Shown here: piece after piece, positions 1 through 10,338 of the stretch
Position numbering within the stretch: the first letter of the stretch is position 1
How the letters are laid out: the number at the start of each line of letters is the position of its first letter
Source of the DNA: Macrostomum hystrix
Lineage: Eukaryota; Animalia; Platyhelminthes
Assembly (NCBI GenBank): GCA_950097015.1
Contig: CATNEN010000007.1
Coordinates: forward strand, 10,912,001-10,976,000
Length of the DNA stretch: 64,000 nt
Reading direction: 5' to 3'
The notes under the pieces: model-generated
Database searches by the model: none
What the model saw: only the letters and a program-made list of their open reading frames with translations
Told to the model about the DNA's origin: nothing
Program-made: the position numbers and the translations under genes

Positions 1-831
1 ACGCGTGGGTGTCGTGGGGCTGAGTAAGAGTCAAACTGGGCTTGACCAATTAGAGAGGGAGGCAGATAGAGGGTGCGTGTGCATGAGATCTGCGTCTGCG
101 CGCTGCTGAATGAACCAATTGAAGCCGGCCTTGAGACGTCCGATGCCCAAATATGGCCGAGAGTGTGGCTCGCTGGTAATTGGGGTGGCTGTGGCTCAGG
201 CAGCCAATCAGGTTCTAGGGCCGGATTAGACGAGTCAATGTTTCATTTTTAATTGGAATGGAGAGAAGTTGCACGAATATGCAGGTGAGCTGGTGGTATG
301 TACATAATGAATGCATGCTGTCTGTCAGTGAGTATAAGGTAATATACCATATGGGTCAATATATTATATGAGCAAGTCACCTACGTACGATTCGTACGTA
401 TATTCTCTGATAATAATTCAGCAGCTATCACAACGATACAAGAGTTATGATTCTGGCTAGGAATGGCATAAAATTATTTTCTATATATTTAGTAGCTGCT
501 AACAGTTACCGGATACGACCAGTGTAACACTTGCCTCCCTAAACTGCAACTCAAATGTCCCAATGTAAATTATCACCAGATACGGACAGTGTCCACGTAG
601 CATCTGACTGAGACGGCGCCAGCACGAGCTTTCAGGTTCCTGAAGCCTTCAGCCCATCTCTGGGCAGAGCACGCCCAGGGCGTAGCGCAGCAGGGATCTG
701 TTGGATCTGCGTCCACGGTCTACTCTTGAAGGCCAAACAGTAGCACTGGCTCCACGGCATCCTCAGTGCGTCTTCTTCTTCTTCTTCTTCTTCTTCGGGC
801 GTGCGCGGGCCAGGGCCCATGGCACCGGGCA

Positions 832-3800
832 TCAGATGATGCCCGCCTTCCCAAGCAGGGCCAGCACGGAAGCACAGCATTCAAAGACCGCAGCGGGCTC
901 CGGGCAGGGGCCCCAGAGGCGGCAGCGGTGGGCGGTCAGGGCGGGGCAGGCGAGGAGCACGTGGGCCGCCGTCTCGTCGCCCTCGCCACAGAGTCGACAG
1001 GTGGGGGCCACCGGGGCGCCAATCGTGGCCTGGAAGCCCCGGAGGGCATGGCAGCGGTCGGCGCGCAGCTGGCAGATCAGCCGCTCGTGCCGCCGCGAGA
1101 GGTCAGTCGGCGGAGGAGGCGGCAGGTGGCCCGAGGTGCAGGCGGCGTGCCAGGGCAGCGAGCTCGTGCCCGCAGCGTCGGCGGCCGCCGCGCGGTACAG
1201 CTGGTGCCAGCGGGCAAGGCAGTGGCGGCGAATGGCGGCCTGGGCCGCAGCCAGCGGGATGTGGGCCTCAGCCTGCGGCAGCGCGGAGCCGCGCTTGGCA
1301 ATGGCATCGACCGCCTCGTTGCCAGGGATGCCCGCGTGGCCCGGGACCCACTGCAGGTGGACAGCGACGCCTCCGGCTGCGAGGTGGGAGAGGCTGGCCC
1401 AGATGGCATCGGCAGTGGTGACGCCCGTCGAGTCGGGGCCGGACTCGAGCGCAGCCAGCGCACTCAGGGAGTCCGAGCACACGCGGACCGGCGACAGCTC
1501 GGCCGGGTCCGGTGCCGCCAACACCCACTGGAGGGCCTCGGCGATGGCCACCAGCTCAGCGTGGAAGCTGGACGTCACGTGACCGGCTGGGACGCACAGT
1601 GCCGTGTCGGGCTCGACCAGGGCGCCGCTGCCGCCGGCCGAGACGCCATCCTTTGCCGCTCCGTCGGTCCAGATGGCCGTGCGGGCGGGCAGCAGGCCTG
1701 CCAGCGTTAGCTCAGCCGCCGCTCTCCGTGCCTCAGGCGGGTCGCACCGGGAGGAGGGGGCGGACAGCTGCAGACCAAAGGTGACGGTGTCCAGGTTGGC
1801 CCAGGGAGGCGTCGCGGGGACAGCGCAAACGGGCTCGCGCGGGTAGCCGCTCAGGCCCGCGTCGGTGCTGACTCTGGTCGCCGTTTCCCGCCAGCCTCGG
1901 GCGCTCTGGAGGCGGCGGCGTGGGCCCTCGGCGGCCGCGCAGGCGAGCAGCGGGTTGTCGGGCGGGAGCCTGAGGGCGCGCTCGAGGAGAAGGCCGGCGT
2001 GCATCTCGGCGCGGACCGCCATCGGGGGCAGGCCGGCCTCTCGTTCTAGCACCTCCGACCTGGTGTTCCGAGGGCACCCGGTGATGACGCGCGCGCACAG
2101 GCGCTGGGCTCGGTCCAGCTGCTCAATGGCCGTCTTGCAGGCCGACGGCATCCAGGCGCCGGCCGCGTACTCCAGCACCGGCCGCACGTAGGCAGTGTAG
2201 AGCCGGCGCACGTCGGTCTGCTTGGCGCCCCAGCTGCTACCGGAGAGCGCGGCCAGGACGCCGCACCGGGCGCGGGCGCGGCCTGCGACGTTGGCGGCGT
2301 GCGCGGTGAAGCTCAGCAGGCGGTCCAGGATGACGCCGAGAAACCGGGGCTGGCGGTCCGTCGCGAGGGGGGCGTCGTTCAGCTGCAGCCGCAGCTCCCG
2401 GCTGGCCTCACCTGCGGTGGTGGAAAACAGGGATGCGGCGCACTTCTCCGGCGCCAGCTGCAGCCGCCACTTGTTTGCCCACTCGGCCGTCGCATCGATG
2501 GCCCGCTGCGCTTTCGCCTCGGCCTCCTCCACAGTCAGGCCTTGCACTGCAATGGCCAGGTCGTCCGCGTAGAGGAGCGGCGTGCAGTCGGGCGGCAGCT
2601 GGTCCGGCAGGTCGTTAATGAAAAGCGCGAAGAGCAGCGGGGCAAGAACGCTCCCCTGTGGTAAGCCCTCGCGGAAGAGCCGCCAGCTGCTCGTCGCGCC
2701 GTCGACCCTGACGGCGGCCCTTCGGTCGGCCAGGAAGCTGCTGAGCCAGCGGACCCCGGCAGCCGGGATGCCCGCGGCGTGGAGCTTGTGCAGCAGGCCC
2801 TGCTTCCAGACGGTGTCGTACGCCCTGCGGAAGTCGAACAGAACGACGACAGTCCGCCGGGCAGGGCTGGCCTGGTGACCATCACTGATGAGCTGGGTGA
2901 GCCTGGCGATCTGGTCCTCGGTGCAGCGCCGCTTGCGGAAGCCGGCCTGAGCCGGGTGCAGCAGCTGCCGGGACTCGGCCCACCAGTAGAGCCGCGCTTG
3001 GACCAGGCGCTCGGCCAGTTTGGCCATGGCGGAGGTCAGGGCGATCGGCCGGTAGGAGCCAATCACGTCGGCCGGCTTGCCCTTCTTCAGGATCGGCACG
3101 ACGTGGGCGCGTCGCCACGCAGACGGGACCTCCCCCTTTGCCCAGGACTGGTTGATCACGTGCAGAGCCGCCCGGCGACCGGCGGGGCCGAGGTGCTGCA
3201 GGTGCTCGGCACAGATGCCGTCTGGTCCTGGGGCTTTCCTGGCCGGGAGGGAGCGAAGGACTCTGTCCAGCTCGCGAGACGAGAATTGCTTGCTAAAGTC
3301 TCCTGCCTCCGGGCTGTCAGCTTGTGCGGCGGCGCGGCTGCGGTGGTTCTCGCGGCGGAGGATGCGCGTCCTGCGGTCTTGCGGAAGGCGGCTCACGGCG
3401 GCGTACTCCTTGGCGTAAGCCTCGGCGATGTCCTTTGGTCGGACGTAGAGCTTCTGGCCCACACGGAGCGCTGCATCCCGCTGCAGGTTGTTGCTTCTGC
3501 CGTCAAGGGAGCGAACGACTCTCCAGATCTTGGAGTGGTCTGTGTCCGCTGCCACCTCGCCGGCGAAGGCACTCCAGCTGTCGCGCTTGGCGTCGGCGAT
3601 GATCTTCTTGGCGTCTGCGCTGGCCTTGTTCCAGGCCGGCCGCTCGTTCGGATCGGCAGCGGCGGCGGCCCGCGCGGCCCGACGGCTCTTCACGGCGTCC
3701 TCGACCTCCGGGGTCCACCAGGCCTTCGGGGACGGCCGGGCCCCTCGCGGGATGAACGCCTTGTCGGCCGTCATGATGGCCTCGGTCAGCAGCCGGTTGG

Positions 3801-4749
3801 CTTCGGTGGCCGTCGCGGGCGGCAGGGCGTCCCAGCCAGCCAGGGCCTCCTCGGTCTGCGCGCGGAAGCCGGCCCAGTCCGCTTTGGCCCAGGCCCGCCG
3901 GGCGGCGCCCGCTCTCTTGGCTGCGCCTCGGCTGCCATGAATGATGACGCTGATCGGCAGGTGGTCCGATCCGACGTCCCTCCGCACCTGCCACTCAGCC
4001 CGGCTGGCGAGCGACTTGTGGCACAGGCTGACGTCGGGCGCCGTCTGCCGAGCATCGGCGCGGCGCGGCATGTGGGTGTGGCTGCCGTCATTCAGGATGC
4101 GCATGCCGGAAATAACGGACCATTCAAAGGCGGCCGTGCCCAGGTCCGTCTCTTCCGATTCGGGGTCCCAGGCCGGGTGGTGCGCGTTGAGGTCCCCTAG
4201 GATCACCGTGCTGGCACCTGACGGGAGCCACTGGGGGTTGAAACGCTGCACGCGGTCGTCGCCTTCGGCGTTTCTGATGGGCGGCACGTACAGGCAGTGA
4301 ATGTCCAGGCTCTCGACCGTCTTCTCAGATGGGAAAACCCGGATGCCGGCCCACTCGGTGGAGACGTCCTCGGGGGCGCAGGGCCGCTCATGCAGCACCT
4401 CGTAGCGCAGCCCCTCGCGGATAAGGATCGCGACCCCTCCGCCGCGGGTGGGGCCACCTGAGCGCCGGCCGCTCTGTCTGTGGCGCCAGACTGCATTGAA
4501 GCCCGGCAGGCGTGGTTCCCTTCCTTCGGCGGTGTGGGTCTCTTGAAGACAGGCCACGTCAACACGCAGGTCCAGGAGCAGCTTGCACAGTTCGGGCGTC
4601 TTGGCAACGACGCCCTCTGCGTTGAGTTGCAGGAGGTGCAGGCTGCTGGGGGCCTGAGCGCGCGCGGACCGACGGTCGGGCTGGCGCTTTGCACCGCCGG
4701 GGGCCCGCCGTTGAGGCTCGGCAGGCTGCGTCGGCAGTTGGTCAGTCAT
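832..4749 (-). CDS. Retrotransposon polyprotein: APE endonuclease, reverse transcriptase, RNase H, C-terminal zinc finger (1305 aa)
   Basis: APE motifs LQLNAEG, CLQET, GDLNAHH, SDHLPI. RT motifs KAPGPDGI, YRPIAL, QAGFR, GLPQGSVLAP, YADD. RNase H motifs WTDGA, AELVAI, SDSLSAL, WVPGHAGIPGNEAVD. Zinc finger CRLC...HVLLAC. Confidence 0.97.
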   Translation of the reverse strand: MTDQLPTQPAEPQRRAPGGAKRQPDRRSARAQAPSSLHLLQLNAEGVVAKTPELCKLLLDLRVDVACLQETHTAEGREPRLPGFNAVWRHRQSGRRSGGPTRGGGVAILIREGLRYEVLHERPCAPEDVSTEWAGIRVFPSEKTVESLDIHCLYVPPIRNAEGDDRVQRFNPQWLPSGASTVILGDLNAHHPAWDPESEETDLGTAAFEWSVISGMRILNDGSHTHMPRRADARQTAPDVSLCHKSLASRAEWQVRRDVGSDHLPISVIIHGSRGAAKRAGAARRAWAKADWAGFRAQTEEALAGWDALPPATATEANRLLTEAIMTADKAFIPRGARPSPKAWWTPEVEDAVKSRRAARAAAAADPNERPAWNKASADAKKIIADAKRDSWSAFAGEVAADTDHSKIWRVVRSLDGRSNNLQRDAALRVGQKLYVRPKDIAEAYAKEYAAVSRLPQDRRTRILRRENHRSRAAAQADSPEAGDFSKQFSSRELDRVLRSLPARKAPGPDGICAEHLQHLGPAGRRAALHVINQSWAKGEVPSAWRRAHVVPILKKGKPADVIGSYRPIALTSAMAKLAERLVQARLYWWAESRQLLHPAQAGFRKRRCTEDQIARLTQLISDGHQASPARRTVVVLFDFRRAYDTVWKQGLLHKLHAAGIPAAGVRWLSSFLADRRAAVRVDGATSSWRLFREGLPQGSVLAPLLFALFINDLPDQLPPDCTPLLYADDLAIAVQGLTVEEAEAKAQRAIDATAEWANKWRLQLAPEKCAASLFSTTAGEASRELRLQLNDAPLATDRQPRFLGVILDRLLSFTAHAANVAGRARARCGVLAALSGSSWGAKQTDVRRLYTAYVRPVLEYAAGAWMPSACKTAIEQLDRAQRLCARVITGCPRNTRSEVLEREAGLPPMAVRAEMHAGLLLERALRLPPDNPLLACAAAEGPRRRLQSARGWRETATRVSTDAGLSGYPREPVCAVPATPPWANLDTVTFGLQLSAPSSRCDPPEARRAAAELTLAGLLPARTAIWTDGAAKDGVSAGGSGALVEPDTALCVPAGHVTSSFHAELVAIAEALQWVLAAPDPAELSPVRVCSDSLSALAALESGPDSTGVTTADAIWASLSHLAAGGVAVHLQWVPGHAGIPGNEAVDAIAKRGSALPQAEAHIPLAAAQAAIRRHCLARWHQLYRAAAADAAGTSSLPWHAACTSGHLPPPPPTDLSRRHERLICQLRADRCHALRGFQATIGAPVAPTCRLCGEGDETAAHVLLACPALTAHRCRLWGPCPEPAAVFECCASVLALLGKAGII

Positions 4750-4841
4750 TTAGGACCGGTTCGGACCGCCAGATGCTTGTTGGGCGGTGAGATAGGGCTG
4801 TGCTGTGCTGTGCTTTGCTGGGCTTTGGGAGGGCCCGTTTG

Positions 4842-4910
4842 ATGGCCTGCATTTCGTAGGACTTGCGTCCTCCGGGGGGCACCTCGTGGAGGCGCAGGCC
4901 ATTGCCCCCC
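4842..4910 (-). ncRNA. HDV-like self-cleaving ribozyme at the 5' end of the LINE
   Basis: Minus strand reads GGGGGGC A AUGGCCUGC GCC UCCACGA GGU GCCCCCC GG AGGAC GCAA GUCCU ACGAAAU GCAGGCCAU = P1, P2, P3, L3, P1.1, P4 with GNRA loop, J4/2 with a C. G1 (4910) abuts the TSD. Confidence 0.88.
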
Positions 4911-5149
4911 TCCTCAGTGCGTCTCGCGCAGATGAGTTGAAAATTCTGCTGAGTAGTCGAACCGCGTGCCAATCCTCCTGACGGAAATGATGGCGTCTGG
5001 GCACATCGCCCGGAAGCCCGATGTACCTGAATTACCTGGAAGTCTGGAGGATTATGAAGGGATTCTAGAGGGATTCTAGAGAGCTTTTAGAGGGATTCTA
5101 GCGGGCTATTGGGGATTCTAGAGGGATTTTAGAGGGATTTTAGACCTGT

Positions 5150-5702
5150 TCTAGAATGATGTCTAGAGTAATTCTAGTGATGTCTAGAGTAATTCTAGTG
5201 ATGTCTAGAGTAATTCTAGTGATGTCTAGAGTAATTCTAGTGATGTCTAGAGTAATTCTAGTGATGTCTAGAGTAATTCTAGTGATGTCTAGAGGAATTC
5301 TAGTGATGTCTAGAGTAATTCTAGTGATGTCTAGAGGAATTCTAGTGATGTCTAGAGTAATTCTAGTGATGTCTAGAGGAATTCTAGTGATGTCTAGAGT
5401 AATTCTAGTGATGTCTAGAGGAATTCTAGTGATGTCTAGAGGAATTTTAGTGATGTCTAGAGTAATTCTAGTGATGTCTAGAGTAATTCTAGTGATGTCT
5501 AGAGTAATTCTAGTGATGTCTAGAGGAATTCTAGTGATGTCTAGAGGAATTTTAGTGATGTCTAGAGTAATTCTAGTGATGTCTAGAGTAATTCTAGTGA
5601 TGTCTAGAGTAATTCTAGTGATGTCTAGAGGAATTCTAGTGATGTCTAGAGGAATTTTAGTGATGTCTAGAGGAATTCTAGTGATGTCTAGAGTAATTCT
5701 AG
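5150..5702. repeat. 21-bp minisatellite (TCTAGAG[T/G]AATTCTAGTGATG), ~26 copies
   Basis: Direct inspection; accounts for the VMSRVIL/LDITRIT ORFs. Degenerate GGGATTCTAGA units flank it. Confidence 0.95.
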
Positions 5703-7191
5703 TTGGTATTTTGGGGGATTCACTGTGGTTCTGGAGGGATTCTAGAGGGAGCGCGTTGAGCAGCGGCCTTGTCGCGACACAGAAGTGCAATGTCTTTGGC
5801 GTACGCGAGGAAGTGAAGAAGGGCATGGGAACCAGCGTGACAGCCCGTAGGTCACCAGAACTCGTCTGAGCAAACGTCCTGGATTCTTTGTAGAGATCTA
5901 CCAGCGTGGGGGACGCCATGCTGGGACAGCAGCATGAAATGCTCGAGCACAATCGAAACTGATCGCTGGCGGGTCTTCCAGACCTCGACTATTTAGTCCA
6001 CTACTAGTGGACCAAAATGGCAGATAGAAATAGGAAAAGAAGCTTGCTTGCTTGCTTCAACTGAGTCACTTTGCAGAAAGCAACTGTCTTTAGATTCTTC
6101 TGATCAATAATAAAACAAAAAGTTAGCCCTGAACTCTGCAACTTTATGTAGAACAGGAGGAAGCTGCATTAGAAGTGGCATACAGGACAGCTGGGTAACC
6201 TATCGTCACAGTAAGAGCATAAAAAAGCTTTCATCAAGAATCCCCTGCTTTTGCTACCTGATGAATCAGTTGATAGAAAATATCCCTTTCGACATTACGC
6301 TGATTGATTAAAAAACGAATTGCAACGGATCTGTAGTGCAACTGTGGTACATCTCTCGCCCAGCGTGTAAAAGTACATTGCTGATTACTCAGTGCCGCTC
6401 AATCGAGCCTAGCCAAAGAGATGGTCTGAGCAGCTGGGAAGTGTTTGCCAGCTGATGCGGAAGGCTAGCCGGAGGTCGATAGTGGCACAGAGTGTGAGCA
6501 GTGCTCAATCAGATTGCTGAACAAGAGTTTAATTGCTGCCACCATTGAGAATAACTTTCATCCATTAGCGACCCTGCCAGACAGACAGGTCGATCTGAGG
6601 GGGCCGGCTGCGCGTACTGCGCCGCCCTGTGCGCATCGGCAGCTAATGACCAGCGACATGCTCGACCCCGCGGCCCCCGTGCGTAACGGGAATCAAATCT
6701 GATCAGCTCTCTCTCAAGTCCGGCATGTGGCAGGCAGGTCGATACCAACCCTAAGCATTCTGGGCAGCCGGGCTCCGTGATTCACTGCAGCTGCCACTGC
6801 TCTGCCATTAGGCAGACAAAGCCCGCTTGTCTCGGAGCCTATATTTTATAGACTCGGCCAACGGAAGCCGCGCAGGGTCACATCCCGGCGAAGCGGCCTG
6901 GACAGCACGAAGTGATCTGTCAGAAGGTCTGATCCATGCAATATCCAGGAGTGGAATATATTGCTTTAGCTGGCCTCCCAAAGTCATCATCTCCGGCGCT
7001 GTCAAGCACTAATCTTACTGGGCGGGGGAGACCAGGGAGGGGAGAACTGGAGGCGTCCGCTGATTGAGTGAGGGGTGGCTAGCGAACGAAGAAGCTGCAC
7101 GAGGGCTGATCTCTCACCCCTGCCCGAATATTCCCAGTCGGATACAAGACTCTGATCTCTTCCTTCCCGGCGAGCTCGGTGTTCTCCCAGC

Positions 7192-9036
7192 ATGGCGGGG
7201 CTCTCCTACCCACGCTCTGCGGTGCCGGTCCCTCAGGAGGAGCTGCCAGTGTGGGTCCTGCGTGACGAGGCGGAGGGCTCGACGCGGCCTGCCGCCTCGG
7301 AGGCGCCCATCGGCGGAGGCGGCGGCAGGCAGACTCGCGAGCTGGCGCTGTCCCGGCACCGCAGGCTGACGGTCGCCAGGTTTCTGGACACGGCGGCCAT
7401 TCACGGCCTGTGGCACGTGGGCGCGGCCCCTTGTGGCGCGGCCTGGGCGGTGGTTCTGGCGGGGATGCTGAGCTGCCTGGGCCTGCACGTGTTCCAGCAG
7501 GTGTCGGAGTACTACAAGTTTCCGCTGCAGTCCTCAACGCGGGAGATCCTCAACGACTTCAGGTTCCCCAGCGTGACGGTGTGCGAGGCGTGGCAGATGC
7601 GCTTCTTCAGGGCCGGCTACCCGGCGGCGCTGCGGCGGGTGCCCGACCTCAGCGACTTCCTGCTGCTCTCGCATGGCCTGTTCGGCCTGCCCAAGTCGCT
7701 GCCGGGGCTGCACTTTCTGGGCAATGCCACCGCGCTGGGAGTGTCGGTGCAGGACCTGCTGATCCAGTGCAAGTTCTGCGACTCGCTCTGCCAGCCGTCT
7801 CAGTTCTCCGCCTTCTACCACAGGCAGTACGGCAACTGCTTCACCTTCCGGCCGCAGGGCGTCCAGGAGAGGCCGCACGATGGCCTGAGCCTCATCCTGT
7901 ACTCGCCAGCCTCCGACCCGCACTTCCGCAACTGGAGCGACCCGGCCGTGCTGGACGGCTCCACGGACACGGGCCTGGAAACCAATGGGGTGCTGGTGAC
8001 AGCGCACGAGGCCAACTCGGTGCCCAGGGTCAGCGAGGACTCGATCATGGCAGCGACCAGCCACGAGACCAAGATCGGCCTGAGAGAGGTGCGCACCCAG
8101 CTGCTCAACACGCCCCAGAGACCGTGTGAGGAGGCCTCTGAGTTCTTCGTTCGCGACCCGCTCGTGCCGACGGTCAGAACGTACAAGACCAGCCTGGCGG
8201 ACCGGCTGGAGTGGCAGGAGGCGGAGCAGATCCAGGCCAGGTGTGGCTGCCTTCCCACGGGTCCCGTCGGCCTGCCGACTCACCTGAGGCCCGGCCGCCA
8301 TTGCGACGACCTGTTTGACGCACAGGGCGGCGGCTTCCAGGGATTTCACCGGCGAGTCCGGGCTCTGTGCGGCGACCTGCTTCTTGCTGGCAACTTCTCC
8401 GCCTGCAGGGACCTCGTGCGGGACCACATGCCGGACCTGTGGCGCAACTGGGAGGCGCTGCAGTGTCACCAGCGGCTCACCGAGCAGCTCGTGGAGGAGG
8501 CCGAGCACGCCGAGGACCAGTGCTCCTCGACTGGCTACCAGTTTCAGATCTTCACCTCGGAGCTGCCCGACTCTGCCAGCCACCAGCACGGCCGCTACGA
8601 CGCCAGGCTGATCTTCCAGACCTTCTCCGGCATTTTGGACGCCTACCTGAAGCAGTTCGCCAACTCCAGCCTGCCCGTGGACCGCCTGCCCGCCGTGGTG
8701 AGGGCCGTGCGGGCCCGCCAGCTGCGCCCGGGCGACTGCACCCGCATGGACAGCAACAGAAAGTTCGCCAATGAGAGCCACTGCCTGCAGGTGCAAAAGT
8801 TCATCTCCAGGCACTTCCTCAGGGTGCAGGTGTATCCCTTCAGCCTCAGCGTCGTCTACATCGCCGAGGAGCGCAGCTACTCCACTGTGGACCTGCTGTC
8901 GCATCTTGGCGGCATCCTCGGCCTCTGGATGGGCTCCTCCGTGATCTCGCTGGCCGAGCTGCTGGAGCTGCTGGCCACCCTGTGCGCCTCGCACATTAGC
9001 TTCCGCATCAACTTCCCGCTGCAGCACAGAAAGTAA
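7192..9036 (+). CDS. DEG/ENaC (amiloride-sensitive sodium channel family) subunit, 614 aa, intronless
   Basis: Pre-TM1 HG motif (TAAIHGL), TM1, FPSVTVC, YGNCFTF, GLSLIL, Cys-rich domain (CGC), TM2 LLSHLGGILGLWMGSSVISLAE with a GSS filter. Confidence 0.93.
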   Translation: MAGLSYPRSAVPVPQEELPVWVLRDEAEGSTRPAASEAPIGGGGGRQTRELALSRHRRLTVARFLDTAAIHGLWHVGAAPCGAAWAVVLAGMLSCLGLHVFQQVSEYYKFPLQSSTREILNDFRFPSVTVCEAWQMRFFRAGYPAALRRVPDLSDFLLLSHGLFGLPKSLPGLHFLGNATALGVSVQDLLIQCKFCDSLCQPSQFSAFYHRQYGNCFTFRPQGVQERPHDGLSLILYSPASDPHFRNWSDPAVLDGSTDTGLETNGVLVTAHEANSVPRVSEDSIMAATSHETKIGLREVRTQLLNTPQRPCEEASEFFVRDPLVPTVRTYKTSLADRLEWQEAEQIQARCGCLPTGPVGLPTHLRPGRHCDDLFDAQGGGFQGFHRRVRALCGDLLLAGNFSACRDLVRDHMPDLWRNWEALQCHQRLTEQLVEEAEHAEDQCSSTGYQFQIFTSELPDSASHQHGRYDARLIFQTFSGILDAYLKQFANSSLPVDRLPAVVRAVRARQLRPGDCTRMDSNRKFANESHCLQVQKFISRHFLRVQVYPFSLSVVYIAEERSYSTVDLLSHLGGILGLWMGSSVISLAELLELLATLCASHISFRINFPLQHRK

Positions 9037-9104
9037 ACTGTAACCACCGAAATCGACTTGAGCAAAGTTTTCAGATTATATCAGCCAGCAGGAGTCTGAG
9101 TCTG

Positions 9105-9342
9105 CCTCATTGCTGACTCCACCAGACTCATTACTGAATCTACCAGTCTCATTGCTGACTCCACCAGACTCATTACTGTATCTACCAGTCTCATTGCTGA
9201 CTCCACCAGACTCATTACTGAATCTACCAGTCTCATTGCTGACTCCACCAGACTCATTACTGAATCTACCAGTCTCATTGCTGACTCCACCAGACTCATT
9301 ACTGAATCTACCAGTCTCATTGCTGACTCCACCAGACTCATT
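9105..9342. repeat. 42-bp tandem repeat built from two ~21-bp subunits, ~5.5 copies
   Basis: CTCATTGCTGACTCCACCAGA + CTCATTACTGAATCTACCAGT repeated. Confidence 0.9.
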
Positions 9343-9948
9343 GGTACCAGTTTCATTCTTAATTTTTGCTTAACTCTTTAGTTTTATTAAAGCAAAGTTT
9401 CACCATTAAGCTGATTCATAAATCGATTTTCTCGTGTTGAATTTTTTCCTTGGTCGACACCTAAAAGTCGTAATCTATAACCTAAACCTAATGTGAGTGG
9501 ACGCAACTGTTTGCCCATAAGCAACTGATTGAGGGCTCAGTCAATTTGTCTTGCACTGAACTCCTGTCGGCCAAATGCAATGTGTTGCTGCTAATTCCAT
9601 CCCTCACCTGACGCTCGCGCCCCACCTATCCCAAATGCTGCGGCATGGCCAGCTGGGCAGGCCGGTCCGGCATGCGGGTGCATCGTGCGCCGACTGCGGT
9701 TCGCTTTGCCAGCGGCCGCATAAATCATTTGGGACTTGAGCTCTCCGCTGCATGCATGGCGGGCCGAAGATGATAGATTTCGAGCCGATTCTCCTGGAGC
9801 TCGGGAATGCGCGAGGCCGAGTGAGCCCATGTTTGATCCAGGGGCATTGGAAACACCGAAAATGACTCAAGGGGGACCCGGGAGGTTGGCAGGGTCTCCT
9901 GCAACCCCAAGGGAACTAATGAATAGCGTAGCGCCAAGAGGACAACAG

Positions 9949-10079
9949 GGTCACATGACCGCAAGAAGGAAACAGGTTCAGGCGACTCTAAAAGGGCAAC
10001 TCGGTCACGTGACCATCAAGTTAGGTCACATGACCATCCAGATCAGGTCACGTGACTATCCAGCCTGAGTCACGTGATA
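9949..10079. promoter_or_regulatory. Cluster of five GTCAC[G/A]TGAC E-box/CLEAR-like palindromes
   Basis: Motifs at 9949, 10003, 10024, 10046 and 10068. Function not shown. Confidence 0.35.
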
Positions 10080-10338
10080 GGACGTTGACTTCAATAGACA
10101 CCAGGATCTCCTATGGGTCTCCTATGACCTCAGGAAATAAAAAGGCCATGTTGGCCTGGAGGGCAAATCCGCAAATCTGCAGGTCGTGGCTGACAAGCTT
10201 GTGGCTGATCAGCTGCTCAGTTTACTAGCTTTGATTTACGAATAATGATGGGATTAGTGAAGTTCGATTAGTCAAAAAGTGAGCTTGTGATATAAGGCGC
10301 AGGTGTTTGACGAGGGTTCGCGTCGGCTTCGGCGGCAT

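Larger units (their letters stand above)
774..4910 (-). mobile_element. Full-length non-LTR retrotransposon, Ingi/I-group-like, single ORF
   Basis: Direct repeat TCCTCAGTGCGTCT at 760-773 and 4911-4924 (TSD; last 3 nt overlap the tail). (GAA)n 3' tail at ~771-796. Intact APE-RT-RNase H ORF, 161-nt 5' UTR, no ORF1. Confidence 0.95.
632..5960 (-). pseudogene. Decayed RTE-like LINE RT relic, interrupted by the Ingi element and a 21-bp minisatellite
   Basis: Collinear frameshifted RT-like fragments: HGVP/LVDLYKES (~5920-5880), LAYAKDIALL (YADD-like, ~5810-5780), FRYIG...WHAVRLLSRIFNS (~5030-4930), and beyond the insertion AVEPVLLFG and LLRYALGV (~760-670). Confidence 0.6.

Noticed and set aside
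701-4842. Many long plus-strand and alternate-frame ORFs over the LINE
   Set aside because: Shadows of a GC-rich coding sequence; no domain motifs.
4750-5004. 84-aa ORF as a LINE ORF1 or 2A peptide
   Set aside because: It crosses the TSD-defined boundary (chimera of the host relic and the 5' UTR) and has no gag knuckle or NPGP motif.
5140-5952. Repetitive ORFs (LDITRIT / VMSRVIL)
   Set aside because: Translation of a stop-free 21-bp minisatellite.
7534-9027. 497-aa antisense ORF to the ENaC gene
   Set aside because: Expected by-product of high GC3 codon usage.
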